Below, piece by piece: positions 30,685-41,289 of a DNA stretch of 57,440 nt; position 1 is the stretch's first letter; each line of letters starts with the position of its first letter. The notes beneath the pieces were generated by a model. That model saw only the letters and a list, made by a program, of their open reading frames with translations. It made no database searches and had not been told where the DNA came from. The translations under genes were made by a program, and so were the position numbers. Source of the DNA: Armatimonadota bacterium (GTDB lineage: Bacteria > Armatimonadota > Armatimonadia > Armatimonadales > Armatimonadaceae); assembly GCA_043754515.1 (NCBI GenBank), contig JAYUUO010000033.1, forward strand, positions 1 through 57,440. The letters are read 5' to 3'.

Positions 30685-31674
30685 TTATCCCATTCGTCGA
30701 ACCATCACTGCCTGCTCCGCGATCTCGTCCTCGCTCTTGAGACGCGAATATTCCGCTTCGAGTTCGGAGAACGCCGACGAGAACTCGCCGAGTGTGGCGC
30801 GCGCGTTGAACAGGTCCAGGTTCTCCAGCGATTTGGTCGGAGCCATAGCGGGCACCAGTGCCTCGTCCATCGGTGCGATCCCCTTGACCGCGAGCGCGGC
30901 CTGCTGAACGATCAGTGCCTCGCGCAGTTTCGCGCACGACGCCAACGCCTGCTTGAGCCGGTCCACGCAACGCTGGCCTTCGGGCAACTCGGACAGATCC
31001 ACGCCCGCCCATTCCCGCAGGAACGCCTCGCCCCGATCACGCGCCGCTTCTAGTTGCCGTAGGCGGTGGTTACACTCGTCGTGCGTTAGCTTATCCCAGT
31101 CGCTCGCGAGCGGCTCCAGCCCGTTCTGCCAGCGCACCAGGGCGATCTCCCACAGTTTCGCATGGTACCGCTCCCGCTGCCGCGTCAGGATGGCACTCGC
31201 GGAGTCGAGCGCGGAGCGCGTCTTCGCCATCCGCTCCTGCCCGATGTTCATGGCCTCGGCCTCGACTTTGTGGCGCACCTCGACCAGCCGCTTCTCCCGG
31301 CCCGCTATGTCGGAAAGGCGTTCCTGGATCGTATCCTCGACGTGCCGGAGCGACGCCATGTGTCGTGTCCGCGTCAGGGCGGCGGGCAGTTCGCCCGGAC
31401 CCCATTCACGGTCCGCGCCCAGAAGCACGCCGAGGCTGACGCCGACAGCGACGCCGACGGCGACCCCCATCCCGTTCATCAGAAAACCGCCGATCACCGC
31501 GCCGATGAAGCCGCCGAACGCGGCACGGGTGCCGTCGGTCATCGGTGTCTCCATCGTCAGTGTGTCGGAACGGTCGGTGCGTGGATCGGATATACCGCAG
31601 TTCGGACACCGTCTGTCCGCCGCGGTCACCCAATAATCACACGCGCAACACCGCTTGTATATAGCCATCGGCAA
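30685..31674 (-). CDS. hypothetical protein: zinc ribbon, glycine-zipper TM, coiled coil
   Basis: CCAC..CPNC; GGFIGAVIGG..GVAVGVAVG; long helical C-terminus. Confidence 0.75.
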   Translation of the reverse strand: MPMAIYKRCCACDYWVTAADRRCPNCGISDPRTDRSDTLTMETPMTDGTRAAFGGFIGAVIGGFLMNGMGVAVGVAVGVSLGVLLGADREWGPGELPAALTRTRHMASLRHVEDTIQERLSDIAGREKRLVEVRHKVEAEAMNIGQERMAKTRSALDSASAILTRQRERYHAKLWEIALVRWQNGLEPLASDWDKLTHDECNHRLRQLEAARDRGEAFLREWAGVDLSELPEGQRCVDRLKQALASCAKLREALIVQQAALAVKGIAPMDEALVPAMAPTKSLENLDLFNARATLGEFSSAFSELEAEYSRLKSEDEIAEQAVMVRRMG

Positions 31675-31865
31675 TATCCCCGCTCCCCGCCTAATATTGA
31701 TCGTTTGCTAGTCATGCCCCCGGAAAATCGGCGCATCGTGGTGGCATACGCCTCATGGACCCGTTGGGCCTTGAGGGATATACAGTATACACCCAACGCG
31801 AGCCTTCGGTTTCCCTGATTTACCATTAAGAGTCGGCCCGCGACGCCGCAGTGTAAGGCCACCCT

Positions 31866-32438
31866 TCAGAAACGGTAGCCGGTAGACACATTGATGCCAG
31901 ATAAATCGAACCCCTTGATCTTGTTGAACAACTGGTATCGGGCCTCGACATACGCCCTCGATTGGTAGGTGATCCCGATCAGCGCGCTACCGCCGTACCC
32001 GCCCCGGAAGCCCGACGAGACGCCGTAATTATCGGAGCGCAAGTCGGCGATCAACAGTCCCGCCGTTCCGCCCACGTAGGGCGTCGCGCCCATGCCTGGT
32101 TCGCCCCCGCCGATAGCGCGTCTGTAGATCACCGACGCCGGAATCAGAGTCGCCGACCGTCCCCCCCCGCGCGTGCTAATGATGTTCAGGTCGAACCCTG
32201 CCACACCCTTTCGCTTCGCGAGCGCTATGGGACGGAAACCGACACCATAGTTTACCCAGGTTTTGCCGAAAGCGGAGCGCGTCCGGTCACTCGTCGGAAA
32301 AAAGAATCCGAGTTCGGGGCCGAACGTCGCGCGGCGGGTCGTCGTCGTCCCGGATTGCGTGGCGGTCCCAGTGTTCTGCGCCATGACGGGCAGGGCGGCG
32401 GCGAATAAGGCGAGAACGGTTAGGGCGAAGCGTGTCAT
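31866..32438 (-). CDS. small outer-membrane beta-barrel protein
   Basis: Signal peptide; amphipathic strands (TPYVGGTAG, YVEARY); C-terminal GYRF. Confidence 0.8.
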   Translation of the reverse strand: MTRFALTVLALFAAALPVMAQNTGTATQSGTTTTRRATFGPELGFFFPTSDRTRSAFGKTWVNYGVGFRPIALAKRKGVAGFDLNIISTRGGGRSATLIPASVIYRRAIGGGEPGMGATPYVGGTAGLLIADLRSDNYGVSSGFRGGYGGSALIGITYQSRAYVEARYQLFNKIKGFDLSGINVSTGYRF

Positions 32439-32599
32439 ACGGGTCTTTTGGTTACTCCTTGGAAGGGGGCGCGGCGTGGCAGATTTTCCACGATGCCACT
32501 CTTCTTAAACAACACGGGCGGGGCGGTGGTGCCGTTTTTCTTCCGAACCCCGCCCCCCGTCCCGTACCATTCCCATTAAATTACGCCTACAATAGCCAC

Positions 32600-33685
32600 A
32601 TGTGTATCGTCCTTTACGTTTCGGGCCACGGCCTCGGGCACGCGTCTCGCGAGATCACCGTTCTGCAATCTCTGCCCCCCGACATCCCGCTCGTGATCAA
32701 GACCGCCTCCCCCGAGTGGCACTGGCGCAACGAACTGCCGGGGCGCGTATTCGAGTATGTCACTTCCTCCTGCGACGTCGGGTCGGCGCAACGCGATTCG
32801 CTCGGCTCGGACGCCCCGGCGACGCTGGAGAAGTGGCGCGAGCGGGACGCGGCGAACAGTGCCGGTTTCGGGGGCGAGTGCGCCGACCTTCGCGCTCGGG
32901 GCGCGCGATTGGTCGTGTCCGACGTGCCCTCGTTCCCGCTCATGGTCGCCGAAGCCGTCGGCATCCCGTCGGTCTGTGTGGCGAACTTCACCTGGGCGGA
33001 TATTTATGACGGACTCAGCGGGGAGGAGCCGGCACTCGCCCCCGTCGCGGAGCGGTTACGCGGCGAATATGCGAAGGCGACGTTGCTGCTGGAGGCCGGT
33101 CTCGCGCTCCCGATGCCCTACTTCGGGCACCGCGAGTCGGTCGGCTTGATCGCGCGGGCTGGGCGAGACCGGCGAGGCGCGGTGCTAGATGCTCTGCCAG
33201 GAGCCGCGCGGGACAAGCGGCTGGCACTGGTATACGCCGGGGATTGGGGTCTGCCGGTTCCATACACGCAGCTCGCGCGGTTCGGCGACTGGCATTTCTT
33301 GTCGCTGGGTGCCCCGAACGCGGAACTGCCCCCGAACTGGACGGTGTTATCGCGCTCGGTGATGGCGCACCCCGATCTGGTTGCGTCGGTGGACGTTGTG
33401 GCCTCCAAAGTCGGCTACGGATTAGTCGGCGAATGTTTAACGGGCGGCACGCCGATAATATATTGCCCACGCACCGGCTTCGCCGAATACCCGGTCATTG
33501 ACGCGTATCTGTCGCCGCGCCCACACGGCCTACGCATCTCAGCGGAGGCATTTCTGTCGGGCGAATGGGGCGACGCGTTGGGGTCGGTACCGGCACGCGG
33601 GACGGTGCCCGAGGAGACCGCGCCGGGCGGGGCGGTCGCGGCGGATCGGATTGCCGCGCTTTACCGGGGGGCGGTGCGCATGTGA
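32600..33685 (+). CDS. GT-B glycosyltransferase-like protein (arabinose-kinase N-terminal-like)
   Basis: YVSGHGLGHASR, VVSDVP, ANFTWADIY, SKVGYG, RTGFAEY; TACAAT 6 nt upstream. Confidence 0.8.
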   Translation: MCIVLYVSGHGLGHASREITVLQSLPPDIPLVIKTASPEWHWRNELPGRVFEYVTSSCDVGSAQRDSLGSDAPATLEKWRERDAANSAGFGGECADLRARGARLVVSDVPSFPLMVAEAVGIPSVCVANFTWADIYDGLSGEEPALAPVAERLRGEYAKATLLLEAGLALPMPYFGHRESVGLIARAGRDRRGAVLDALPGAARDKRLALVYAGDWGLPVPYTQLARFGDWHFLSLGAPNAELPPNWTVLSRSVMAHPDLVASVDVVASKVGYGLVGECLTGGTPIIYCPRTGFAEYPVIDAYLSPRPHGLRISAEAFLSGEWGDALGSVPARGTVPEETAPGGAVAADRIAALYRGAVRM

Positions 33686-33970
33686 TAGATTGGGTGAGGG
33701 CGAGACCCGACTCGCGTCCATAATCTCCGGGAACGGTTCCTCCCTGAATAGTGATTTATGGCACGCACCCGCTCCGAAATAGGGGGAGGCAGGAAGATCG
33801 GCTCACTTTAAAGAAGTTACCACAAGTACTCGAATCGGGCACCGTGACGGTCCGCGTTCCGGCGTGACAACCACCCTCATGGGTTCGAATATCGGACATT
33901 GTATCTGTGTATCTATAATGCCAAGCTTCGCCAGATATCATACCTTATTAACGGGAAACTGGATTTACCA

Positions 33971-35374
33971 GTGAACGACACAGCAACAGGCGCATCCATC
34001 GCTAGGGCGGAGGCGGACGATGATGGGGTTCTCCGGCGCCTCTTCTCGCCCGGCGTTTCCGCTGCGGAGCAACGGAAACTGATCGAATCGTTCGCCCTGA
34101 CCGCGCGTGACGTCATCCTGATTACGGAGGCGGAGCCGATTGACCAGCCCGGACCGCGCATCGTTTTCGTCAACCCCGCGTTCACGCAGATGACGGGTTA
34201 CTCCGCCGCCGAGGTGATCGGGAAAACCCCGCGCATTTTGCAGGGTTCCGGCACCGACCGCGCCCCGCTCGACTACATCCGCGAACGGCTCGCCGCCTGG
34301 GAGCCGTTCCGCGTCGAACTGCTCAACTACCGCAAGAATGGCACGCCGTTCTGGGTCGAGATAGACGCGCACCCGCTCGCCAACGAGACCGGTTTTCATA
34401 CTCACTGGATCGCTATCCAGCGCGACATCAGCGCGCGTAAAGAGGTCGAGCAGCAACTCGCCGCGCAACTCCAGGCACTCGCGCAGGTCAGCGACGCCGT
34501 GATCGCGCTCGATAACGACTGGCGCATTACGTACTGGAACCGCGAGGCCGAGCGGATGTACAAGCACTCCGCTCATTCGGTGATGGGGAAGGTGATCCAC
34601 GACGTTTTCACCACGGAGTGGGTTCGCCCCGCGACCGAGGAGAGCGGAATGCGGACACTCGCGCGGGACGGCGTGGCGCAGATGGAGCAGGTGCATCGCC
34701 AGCCGGGTGGCCGGACCATTCCCGTTGAGGGAAAAGTGTCGCGACTTCGCGACGCGAACGGCGAGTATTGCGGTTACATCGCGGCGATCCGCGACATCTC
34801 CGACCGTAAGCGTTTGGAAGCGGCTAAGGCGTTCGAGAACCAGTTCGTGCGCGAGGTGCTTCATAGCATGACCGGGCGGCGTCTGCGCCTGGTGGACAAC
34901 CTTTCCGATTTGCCGACAGTGCCGGGGGACGTGGTCGCGGTCGTCCCGCTACGGGACACGGCGGATCTGAAGCCGGTGCGCGAGGCGTTACGCGCCGCCG
35001 TGCGCGATCTGGGGTTCGCCGTCGAGCGCACGGAGGATACGATCATCGGTATTCATGAGGCGGTGATGAATGCCATACAGCACGCGAACGGTGGCACTGT
35101 TTCTGTCTACTCGGATCCCGGCGCGGGCATGTTGCAGGTCTGGATCGGCGACGTCGGAACGGGGATCGCCCGCGACACGATACACCGCGCCGCGCTGGAG
35201 TTCGGCTTCACGACGGGCGACAGCATGGGGTTCGGGTTCCCCCTACTTCTCGCGATGGTGGACCGGGTGTGGCTATTGACAGGAACGGGTGGGACGACCC
35301 TGGTCATCGAGCAAGAGCGCGAGGCACCGATCTTACGGGTCAGAATGAACGGGGCAGATATCCTACCCGAATAG
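33971..35374 (+). CDS. PAS-PAS-HATPase (RsbW/RsbT-like anti-sigma or Ser kinase)
   Basis: VNPAFTQMTGY..GKTPRILQG..NYRKNGTPFW; second PAS YWNREAE; EAVMNAIQH, DVGTGI, MGFGF; no HisKA H-box; start uncertain (ORF from 33899). Confidence 0.82.
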   Translation: MNDTATGASIARAEADDDGVLRRLFSPGVSAAEQRKLIESFALTARDVILITEAEPIDQPGPRIVFVNPAFTQMTGYSAAEVIGKTPRILQGSGTDRAPLDYIRERLAAWEPFRVELLNYRKNGTPFWVEIDAHPLANETGFHTHWIAIQRDISARKEVEQQLAAQLQALAQVSDAVIALDNDWRITYWNREAERMYKHSAHSVMGKVIHDVFTTEWVRPATEESGMRTLARDGVAQMEQVHRQPGGRTIPVEGKVSRLRDANGEYCGYIAAIRDISDRKRLEAAKAFENQFVREVLHSMTGRRLRLVDNLSDLPTVPGDVVAVVPLRDTADLKPVREALRAAVRDLGFAVERTEDTIIGIHEAVMNAIQHANGGTVSVYSDPGAGMLQVWIGDVGTGIARDTIHRAALEFGFTTGDSMGFGFPLLLAMVDRVWLLTGTGGTTLVIEQEREAPILRVRMNGADILPE

Positions 35375-35958
35375 AGGGGATGCGCGGCGCGCGGGGTCGT
35401 TGAACTCGTTTGTCCGACCCCACGCCGCGGACGAACCTTCTGCCGAACGCCGCCGACCGGACATGACCGTGGGCCGAACCCCGACATGTAATCATTCCTC
35501 TTTCCTTCTCATCCTCCTTCATTCCCCGCCGTCAGAAATATATTCTGCTAAGTGTCGTGTCTGGCGCGGTAATTGACAACCGATGTGGCTTATACCAAAG
35601 TCGGGACGAACGTCGTTTACGAAGAACACGTGTCCGCGCGACTTGTGCCACGGAGCCGCTGGCCGAAAGCCCCACCCGGTGTGCGAGGCACCGCGAAAGA
35701 CATGGGCTTTTAGACAGGTTTCAGTGACCAACATGATTAATAAGAATAGCCTCTCCGCGGACACGTCGCGCAACCCATTCAACGTTGAGTACTGGGCGGA
35801 CAATGCGCTGTTCGCGATTCCGGACGCACGAATCGGCACACCGCCCGCGCGGCGATGTCCGCGCCGGATGCGGCACCGAGGAAGGCGTGGGCACGGGCGT
35901 TCTTCGAGAGGAAGAAGGCGAGCGAGTAGCGAGTAAGGAAGGCGGGAACGCATACGCC

Positions 35959-36300
35959 TCAATCGTCGCGCCGGAACTCGTTCTTGAACTCCATGTTTTT
36001 GCGGTATGCCGTGATCGTCATCTCGGTCATGACACCGCCCGCGTCCGTGTAGCGCACGCCGACGCGTTCCTCAATGCTACGCGGGTCGAAGCGCACCACC
36101 ACCGCGCGCTTGGTCGCGACGCGCTCGTACTCGTCCTTGAACCGGTCCGCGTGACGCGCTTCGGCGAAGAAGTAAACGTAATAACGCTCGTCTTCCGGGT
36201 CGAAGTGCAGAACGAACTCATGCCCCGTCTCCGGGTCAATGGGCGCGTCAGTCACCAGCGTGTAGGGACGGGCGGGAAAATATTCGGGGTAATCGTCCAT
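35959..36300 (-). CDS. hypothetical protein
   Basis: 113-aa ORF with protein-like composition, co-oriented downstream of rnj. Confidence 0.7.
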   Translation of the reverse strand: MDDYPEYFPARPYTLVTDAPIDPETGHEFVLHFDPEDERYYVYFFAEARHADRFKDEYERVATKRAVVVRFDPRSIEERVGVRYTDAGGVMTEMTITAYRKNMEFKNEFRRDD

Positions 36301-36411
36301 AATCCCCAGTTAATCACGAATCGGGAGGGGCTTCCAAACGGTGAAGTGCCGACCATGCCCCGCCTCAATGGTCAAGCCGTGACCCGACCGCGCTCAGGTC
36401 ACGGCCCGAAC

Positions 36412-38085
36412 CTACAACTCGATCACCATCGGTAGCACCAGCGGGCGTCGGCCCGTCTTGCGCTCGAACAGTTTCTTCAAGCCCTGCCGCAAGTCGCCCT
36501 GCACGGCGTCTATCTCGCGCGTCCCGCCCGGCGGGAAGCCCGCGAAGTAGTCCTTAATCGAGGAGACCGCCTCGGCGATCAGATCCTCGCTGTGGTCCAT
36601 GTACACGAACCCGCGCGACATGATCTCGGGTCCGGTGACGATCTCGCCCGTCTCACGGCTCAGCCCGACCACCACGACCACGAAGCCGTCCTCGGAAAGG
36701 TGCTGACGATCCCGCAAGACTACCTCGTGGATCGCGCCGGTGCCGGACGAGTCCACAAGGACCGCGCCGCTCGGGACCCGATCCACCACTTTGCCTTCGG
36801 TCTCGTTCAACTCCAGAACATCGCCGATGGACAAACGGAAAATATCTTCCTTTCGCCAGCCCATCTCCTCCGCGATCACCGCGTACCGCTTGAGCATGCG
36901 CGCCTCGCCGTGAACCGGAATGGCGTAGCGCGGGTTTACGATGTTCAGCACCATCTTCAGTTCTTCGGAATAGGCGTGCCCCGAAACGTGAACCGGCATG
37001 ATCGCGTCATAGATCAGCGTCGCGCCTTTCTCGACCAGGCGGTTAACGACTCGCCAGACCGCGTCCTCGTTGCCGGGGATCGGCGAGGCGGACAGGATAA
37101 TCGTGTCGTTCTCCTGGATGCGTACCTGCCGGTGGTCGTCGTTCGCCATGCGCGAAAGCCCCGCCAGCGGCTCCCCCTGCGAGCCGGTGGTCAGGATCAC
37201 CAGTTCGGCGGGGCGCACGGAGCCTATATCCTCGGCGCGGACGCGAATGCCCTCCGGCACGCTCAGGTACCCGGCGGTGGACGCGAACTCGAAATTGGTC
37301 TGTATCGAGCGGCCCACCGCCGCGACCTTGCGCCCGAACTTCTGCGCCGAGTTAACCGCCATCTGCATCCGGTGGATCTGGGACGCGAACGACGCGATGA
37401 TCACGCGGCCCGGTGCCTCGCGAATGATCCGGTCAAAGGTCTGGCCGACGATCTGCTCGGACGGCACGAAGCCGCTCCTCTCGACGTTCGTGGTGTCCGA
37501 CACCAGCGCGAGCACGCCCTCCTCGGAGATCCGGGCGAGTTTCGCGACGTCGAACAGCAAGCCGTCCACGGGCGTCTGGTCGAACTTGAAGTCGCCGGTG
37601 TGGATTACGGTGCCGGCGGGGGTACGGATCGCCAGCGCGAACGAGTCGGGGATCGAGTGCGAGACGCGGATCGGTTCCACGGTGAAGTGGCCGATAGAAA
37701 GGATGTCATCCTGCGCGAATTCGCGCAGGGTCACCTGCCCCAAAATCTTGCGCTCGGACAGACGCCCTTTGGCGAGACCCAGCGCGAGTTTCGGGCCGTA
37801 GACGGGGACGCCCTCCAGCTGCGGCAGGATGTGCGCCAGCCCGCCGATATGATCCTCATGGCCGTGGGTGAGGACGATGCCCCGCACCGCCTCCTTGTTG
37901 TCAATCAGCCAGCGGATGTCGGGGACCACCAGGTCCACGCCGAACATGTCCGCGTCGGGAAACTTCAAGCCGCAGTCAACGATCAGAATCTGATCGCGGA
38001 CTTGATAGGCATACATATTCTTGCCAATTTCGCCGACCCCGCCGAGTGGGATAAAGCGCAGTGTGCCTTCGGGCAACATTTCCAA
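36412..38085 (-). CDS. rnj: ribonuclease J
   Basis: PLGGVGEIGKNM, LTHGHEDHIGG, HTGDFK, TGSQGEP, HVSGH, PVHGE. Confidence 0.97.
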   Translation of the reverse strand: MEMLPEGTLRFIPLGGVGEIGKNMYAYQVRDQILIVDCGLKFPDADMFGVDLVVPDIRWLIDNKEAVRGIVLTHGHEDHIGGLAHILPQLEGVPVYGPKLALGLAKGRLSERKILGQVTLREFAQDDILSIGHFTVEPIRVSHSIPDSFALAIRTPAGTVIHTGDFKFDQTPVDGLLFDVAKLARISEEGVLALVSDTTNVERSGFVPSEQIVGQTFDRIIREAPGRVIIASFASQIHRMQMAVNSAQKFGRKVAAVGRSIQTNFEFASTAGYLSVPEGIRVRAEDIGSVRPAELVILTTGSQGEPLAGLSRMANDDHRQVRIQENDTIILSASPIPGNEDAVWRVVNRLVEKGATLIYDAIMPVHVSGHAYSEELKMVLNIVNPRYAIPVHGEARMLKRYAVIAEEMGWRKEDIFRLSIGDVLELNETEGKVVDRVPSGAVLVDSSGTGAIHEVVLRDRQHLSEDGFVVVVVGLSRETGEIVTGPEIMSRGFVYMDHSEDLIAEAVSSIKDYFAGFPPGGTREIDAVQGDLRQGLKKLFERKTGRRPLVLPMVIEL

Positions 38086-38319
38086 AAAAGTATTTGCTCC
38101 TTGTTTCTAAATAGCCGTGACATTATACCGCGCCTGATGACCCGCCGACGGGGGCTGATATCCCGAATCCCGACCGAGGGCGATCGCGTCATAATTTGAC
38201 CGTTTTTCCAACGAGCGGGCGGGTCAGTCGCGGCGAAGAGACACGATTTCATTCCTCGTGATAGGGCACCCGCCCCGCGGCGGGATGTCGAAAAACCTTC
38301 GGCCCCATTGCTACCTCGG

Positions 38320-39192
38320 CTATGCGCGCGGGTGCGCCGCGCGGTACGCCGCCCGCAACCGGTCGGTGGCGACGTGCGTGTACACCTGAGTGGTCGAGAC
38401 CCGCGCGTGTCCGAGCAGCTCCTGAATCGCGCGGACATCCGCGCCGCCGGAGAGCAGGTGCGTGGCGAACGAGTGGCGTAGCCAGTGCGGCGACGGCAAT
38501 TCTGGCAGGCCCGCCCGCGCCGCGTGCTCACGGATCGCCCGCCAAACGAGGCCCCGCCCGATGGGTTTCTTGCCGTCCCCCGTGCCGGACGGGAATAGCG
38601 GGTCGGTCGGGAGCGGCGCGGGAAAGTCGGCGCGGTACGACGCCAGCGCGGAGAGGGCCGGAACCCCTACCGGTACCCACCGCTCCTTGCCGCCCTTGCC
38701 CCGCTCCACCCGCGCCTGCCCGCGCTTCGTGTCCACGTCGCCGACACGCAGGCCACATAACTCGGAGACGCGAAGTCCGGACGCGTAGAGAAGTTCTAAA
38801 AACGCGGCGTCGCGCCGCCCGCGCGGCGTCGTCCTGTCCGGTACCGCGAGCAACCGTGCGACCTGTCCCGCGGTCAGCACGCGCGGCAGAAGGGTTTCGG
38901 CACGCCCCGCGCCTTCCACAAGCGCGACCGGATTCTCGGCTAGCACCCCTTCGCCGACGAGGTAGCGCGCGAAGGCGGACAGGGCGGCCCGCTTGCGGCT
39001 CACGGAGGCCGGTTTCATGCCGTCGCCGTGGAGCCGCGTCAAGAAACGCTCCACGCCGTGCGTCGTCAAATCGCCGCCGTCGGTCCACTCCCGCCACTGC
39101 GCGAGGTCTCGCCGGTACGCGGCCACGGTGTTCGCCGCCGCGCCGCGCTCGACGCTCAGATGGCGCAGGAATGCCGTAACGTGTTCTTGCAT
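38320..39192 (-). CDS. xerD: site-specific tyrosine recombinase, XerD-like
   Basis: LYASGLRVSEL, GKGGKER, HWLRHSFATH, LGHA..TTQVY; start trimmed to MQEH. Confidence 0.85.
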   Translation of the reverse strand: MQEHVTAFLRHLSVERGAAANTVAAYRRDLAQWREWTDGGDLTTHGVERFLTRLHGDGMKPASVSRKRAALSAFARYLVGEGVLAENPVALVEGAGRAETLLPRVLTAGQVARLLAVPDRTTPRGRRDAAFLELLYASGLRVSELCGLRVGDVDTKRGQARVERGKGGKERWVPVGVPALSALASYRADFPAPLPTDPLFPSGTGDGKKPIGRGLVWRAIREHAARAGLPELPSPHWLRHSFATHLLSGGADVRAIQELLGHARVSTTQVYTHVATDRLRAAYRAAHPRA

Positions 39193-39209
39193 CGGGACAA
39201 TAAGACTAC

Positions 39210-39488
39210 TCAATACAGGATGTACGCGTAATCGGCGTATTCGGGGCCGCGCCGCTTCGTCTTTTGCCGCTTGCGTGCCAACCATTTGTGTGCCGCGCGT
39301 GTCAGAAGAATGCCCGCGTATGGCACGGCGACGCAACACGCTACTGCCAGCAGGCACAGCAGATACTGCCACACCAACACAAATGTCGGGAGACTCAGCG
39401 CGAACGTCGCGCCACAGGCAAGCCCGACGTACAACCAGGCTCCGCCTAAACTGCTCGTATACCCCCATCGGGAGCGATGCTTGATCAT
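39210..39488 (-). CDS. small hypothetical membrane protein
   Basis: Two hydrophobic segments plus a basic tail; GGAAGG upstream; co-oriented with neighbours. Confidence 0.5.
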   Translation of the reverse strand: MIKHRSRWGYTSSLGGAWLYVGLACGATFALSLPTFVLVWQYLLCLLAVACCVAVPYAGILLTRAAHKWLARKRQKTKRRGPEYADYAYILY

Positions 39489-39521
39489 CTTACATCCACC
39501 TTCCGATAGAACGCCGATGGG

Positions 39522-39776
39522 CTACGGCTGGTTACGGGTTCGGTGAAGAGGCGGCGGATCTTTTTTAGGGCCGGACATATCGTCTATGACCTGCGTCGCG
39601 TCGTTGGCATGCTTTTCCCTTTGCCGGGTCTGCGCCGCCGTCGCGGAGGCGGCACCGGTTGCGCTGCCCGCGAACTCTTTCACCTTCTCCCACAGCACCG
39701 GCGGCGGCAAGCCGAATAGTGATAGGATGGCGAGCGCGATGACGACTGCGCCAACGAAATATACGCGACGATCCAT
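39522..39776 (-). CDS. small hypothetical membrane-anchored protein
   Basis: AGGGAGG RBS, N-terminal TM, TATAAT upstream. Confidence 0.6.
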   Translation of the reverse strand: MDRRVYFVGAVVIALAILSLFGLPPPVLWEKVKEFAGSATGAASATAAQTRQREKHANDATQVIDDMSGPKKDPPPLHRTRNQP

Positions 39777-39809
39777 GATAAAGGCTACCTCCCTTTGCAG
39801 ATGTACCAA

Positions 39810-41219
39810 TTATACCGCGTCCGGCGGCTCCGCGACCGGATTCGTCGGCCCGCGCCAGAGTTGCTCTAAACGGGCCTTGATCGCCGCCTCCGCGCCGTTC
39901 CCGGTCGGCTCGTAGTAGGGAATGTTATCGGCTGGTAAGCCCTCGGGCAGATACGCCTGCCGGACGAAGCCGCCCGGAAAATCGTGCGGATACTGGTAGT
40001 CCACGCCCGACCCCAGTTTCTTCGCGCCGCCATAGTGCGCGTCGCGCAGATGCGGCGGGACGCCACCGAACGGGGCTTTCTGGACGTCGCTACGGGCACG
40101 CCCGATTGCTACAGTACACGCGTTCGACTTCGGCGCGCACGCGAGGTACAGCGTCCCCTGCGAAAGGTTCAGGGCGCATTCGGGCAGTCCTATCTTCTCC
40201 GTCGCGTCGAAAACGGCGACCGCGAGCGGGAGCGCGTGCGGGTCGGCGTTCCCGACATCCTCGGACGCCAGGATCACCAAACGGCGGGCGATGAAGCGCG
40301 GGTCTTCTCCGGCTTCTAGCATCCGCGCGAGATAGAACACCGCCGCGTCCGGGTCGGAGCCGCGGATGCTCTTAATGAACGCCGACACCGTGTCGTAGTG
40401 CGCGTCTCCCGTCTTGTCGTACTGCACGCGCCGCTTGCCGACCGCCTCCTCGGCGACGGCGAGGGTGATGGTGCCCACTCCTACGAGGTCGGCGGCTAGC
40501 TCCAGCGCGTTCAGCGTTCCCCGCGCGTCACCGTTGGAAACCCCGATCAGGTACTCTGTCGCGCCAACGGCGAGTGTCAGGCCGCGCCCGCCCAGCCCGC
40601 GCTCCGAGTCCGCCATCGCGCGGGCCAGTAGCGCGCCGATCTCTTCGTCCGTGAGCGGCTGGAACGGGTAGACGCGGGCGCGGGATAGGAGCGGCGCGAT
40701 GATCGCGAAGTAAGGGTTCTCGGTGGTCGCCCCGATCAGGATAACCGTGCCATCCTCGACGTGCGGCAGGAACGCGTCCTGTTGCGCCTTGTTGAACCGG
40801 TGGATCTCGTCCACGAAGAGCAGGGTGCGTTTGCCGATGCCCCGCCGCCGTTCTTTCGCCGCCTCAATAATCTTTCGGACGTCCGCGACGCCGCCCGTGA
40901 CCGCCGAAAAACTCTCGAAGTGCGCCTTCGTCACGCCCGCGATCACGCCCGCCACGGTGGATTTACCGCAACCGGGTGGCCCGAAGAAGATAGCGGAGCG
41001 CAGATCGTCCTGCTCAATGGCGCGGCGGAGCGGCTTGCCCGGCGCGAGCAGGTGCGACTGCCCGGTCACTTCGTCCAGCGTGCGCGGGCGCATCCGCGCG
41101 GCGAGCGGCGCGGAGGCGGGTGTCTTAGTTGCGGACGGCCCCATGGCGGGCGCACCGCGCTGTGCGGGCACTGCTTCTATCGGTACCCCTTCTATCGGCA
41201 CATCGTCGAAAAGATCCAT
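39810..41219 (-). CDS. rarA: replication-associated recombination protein A (RarA/MgsA)
   Basis: PLAARMRP, GPPGCGKST, VDEIHRFNKAQQD, GATTENP, SAFIKSIRGSDPD. Confidence 0.97.
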   Translation of the reverse strand: MDLFDDVPIEGVPIEAVPAQRGAPAMGPSATKTPASAPLAARMRPRTLDEVTGQSHLLAPGKPLRRAIEQDDLRSAIFFGPPGCGKSTVAGVIAGVTKAHFESFSAVTGGVADVRKIIEAAKERRRGIGKRTLLFVDEIHRFNKAQQDAFLPHVEDGTVILIGATTENPYFAIIAPLLSRARVYPFQPLTDEEIGALLARAMADSERGLGGRGLTLAVGATEYLIGVSNGDARGTLNALELAADLVGVGTITLAVAEEAVGKRRVQYDKTGDAHYDTVSAFIKSIRGSDPDAAVFYLARMLEAGEDPRFIARRLVILASEDVGNADPHALPLAVAVFDATEKIGLPECALNLSQGTLYLACAPKSNACTVAIGRARSDVQKAPFGGVPPHLRDAHYGGAKKLGSGVDYQYPHDFPGGFVRQAYLPEGLPADNIPYYEPTGNGAEAAIKARLEQLWRGPTNPVAEPPDAV

Positions 41220-41289
41220 GGGGAGAGTTTATCGCAAGTGGCGGGCGCGGGTGCCACGCCGTGCTACAGTGACATAGAGGTAAACGGGT

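Noticed and set aside
36592..38199. Long alternative-strand ORFs (also 26756-28021, 42242-43216 and the N-terminal half of 52795-54939)
   Set aside because: Antisense shadows of real genes, expected from high-GC codon bias
38320..39192. Phage or ICE integrase marking an island
   Set aside because: Size and motifs fit chromosomal XerC/D; the flanks are housekeeping genes (rnj, rarA)
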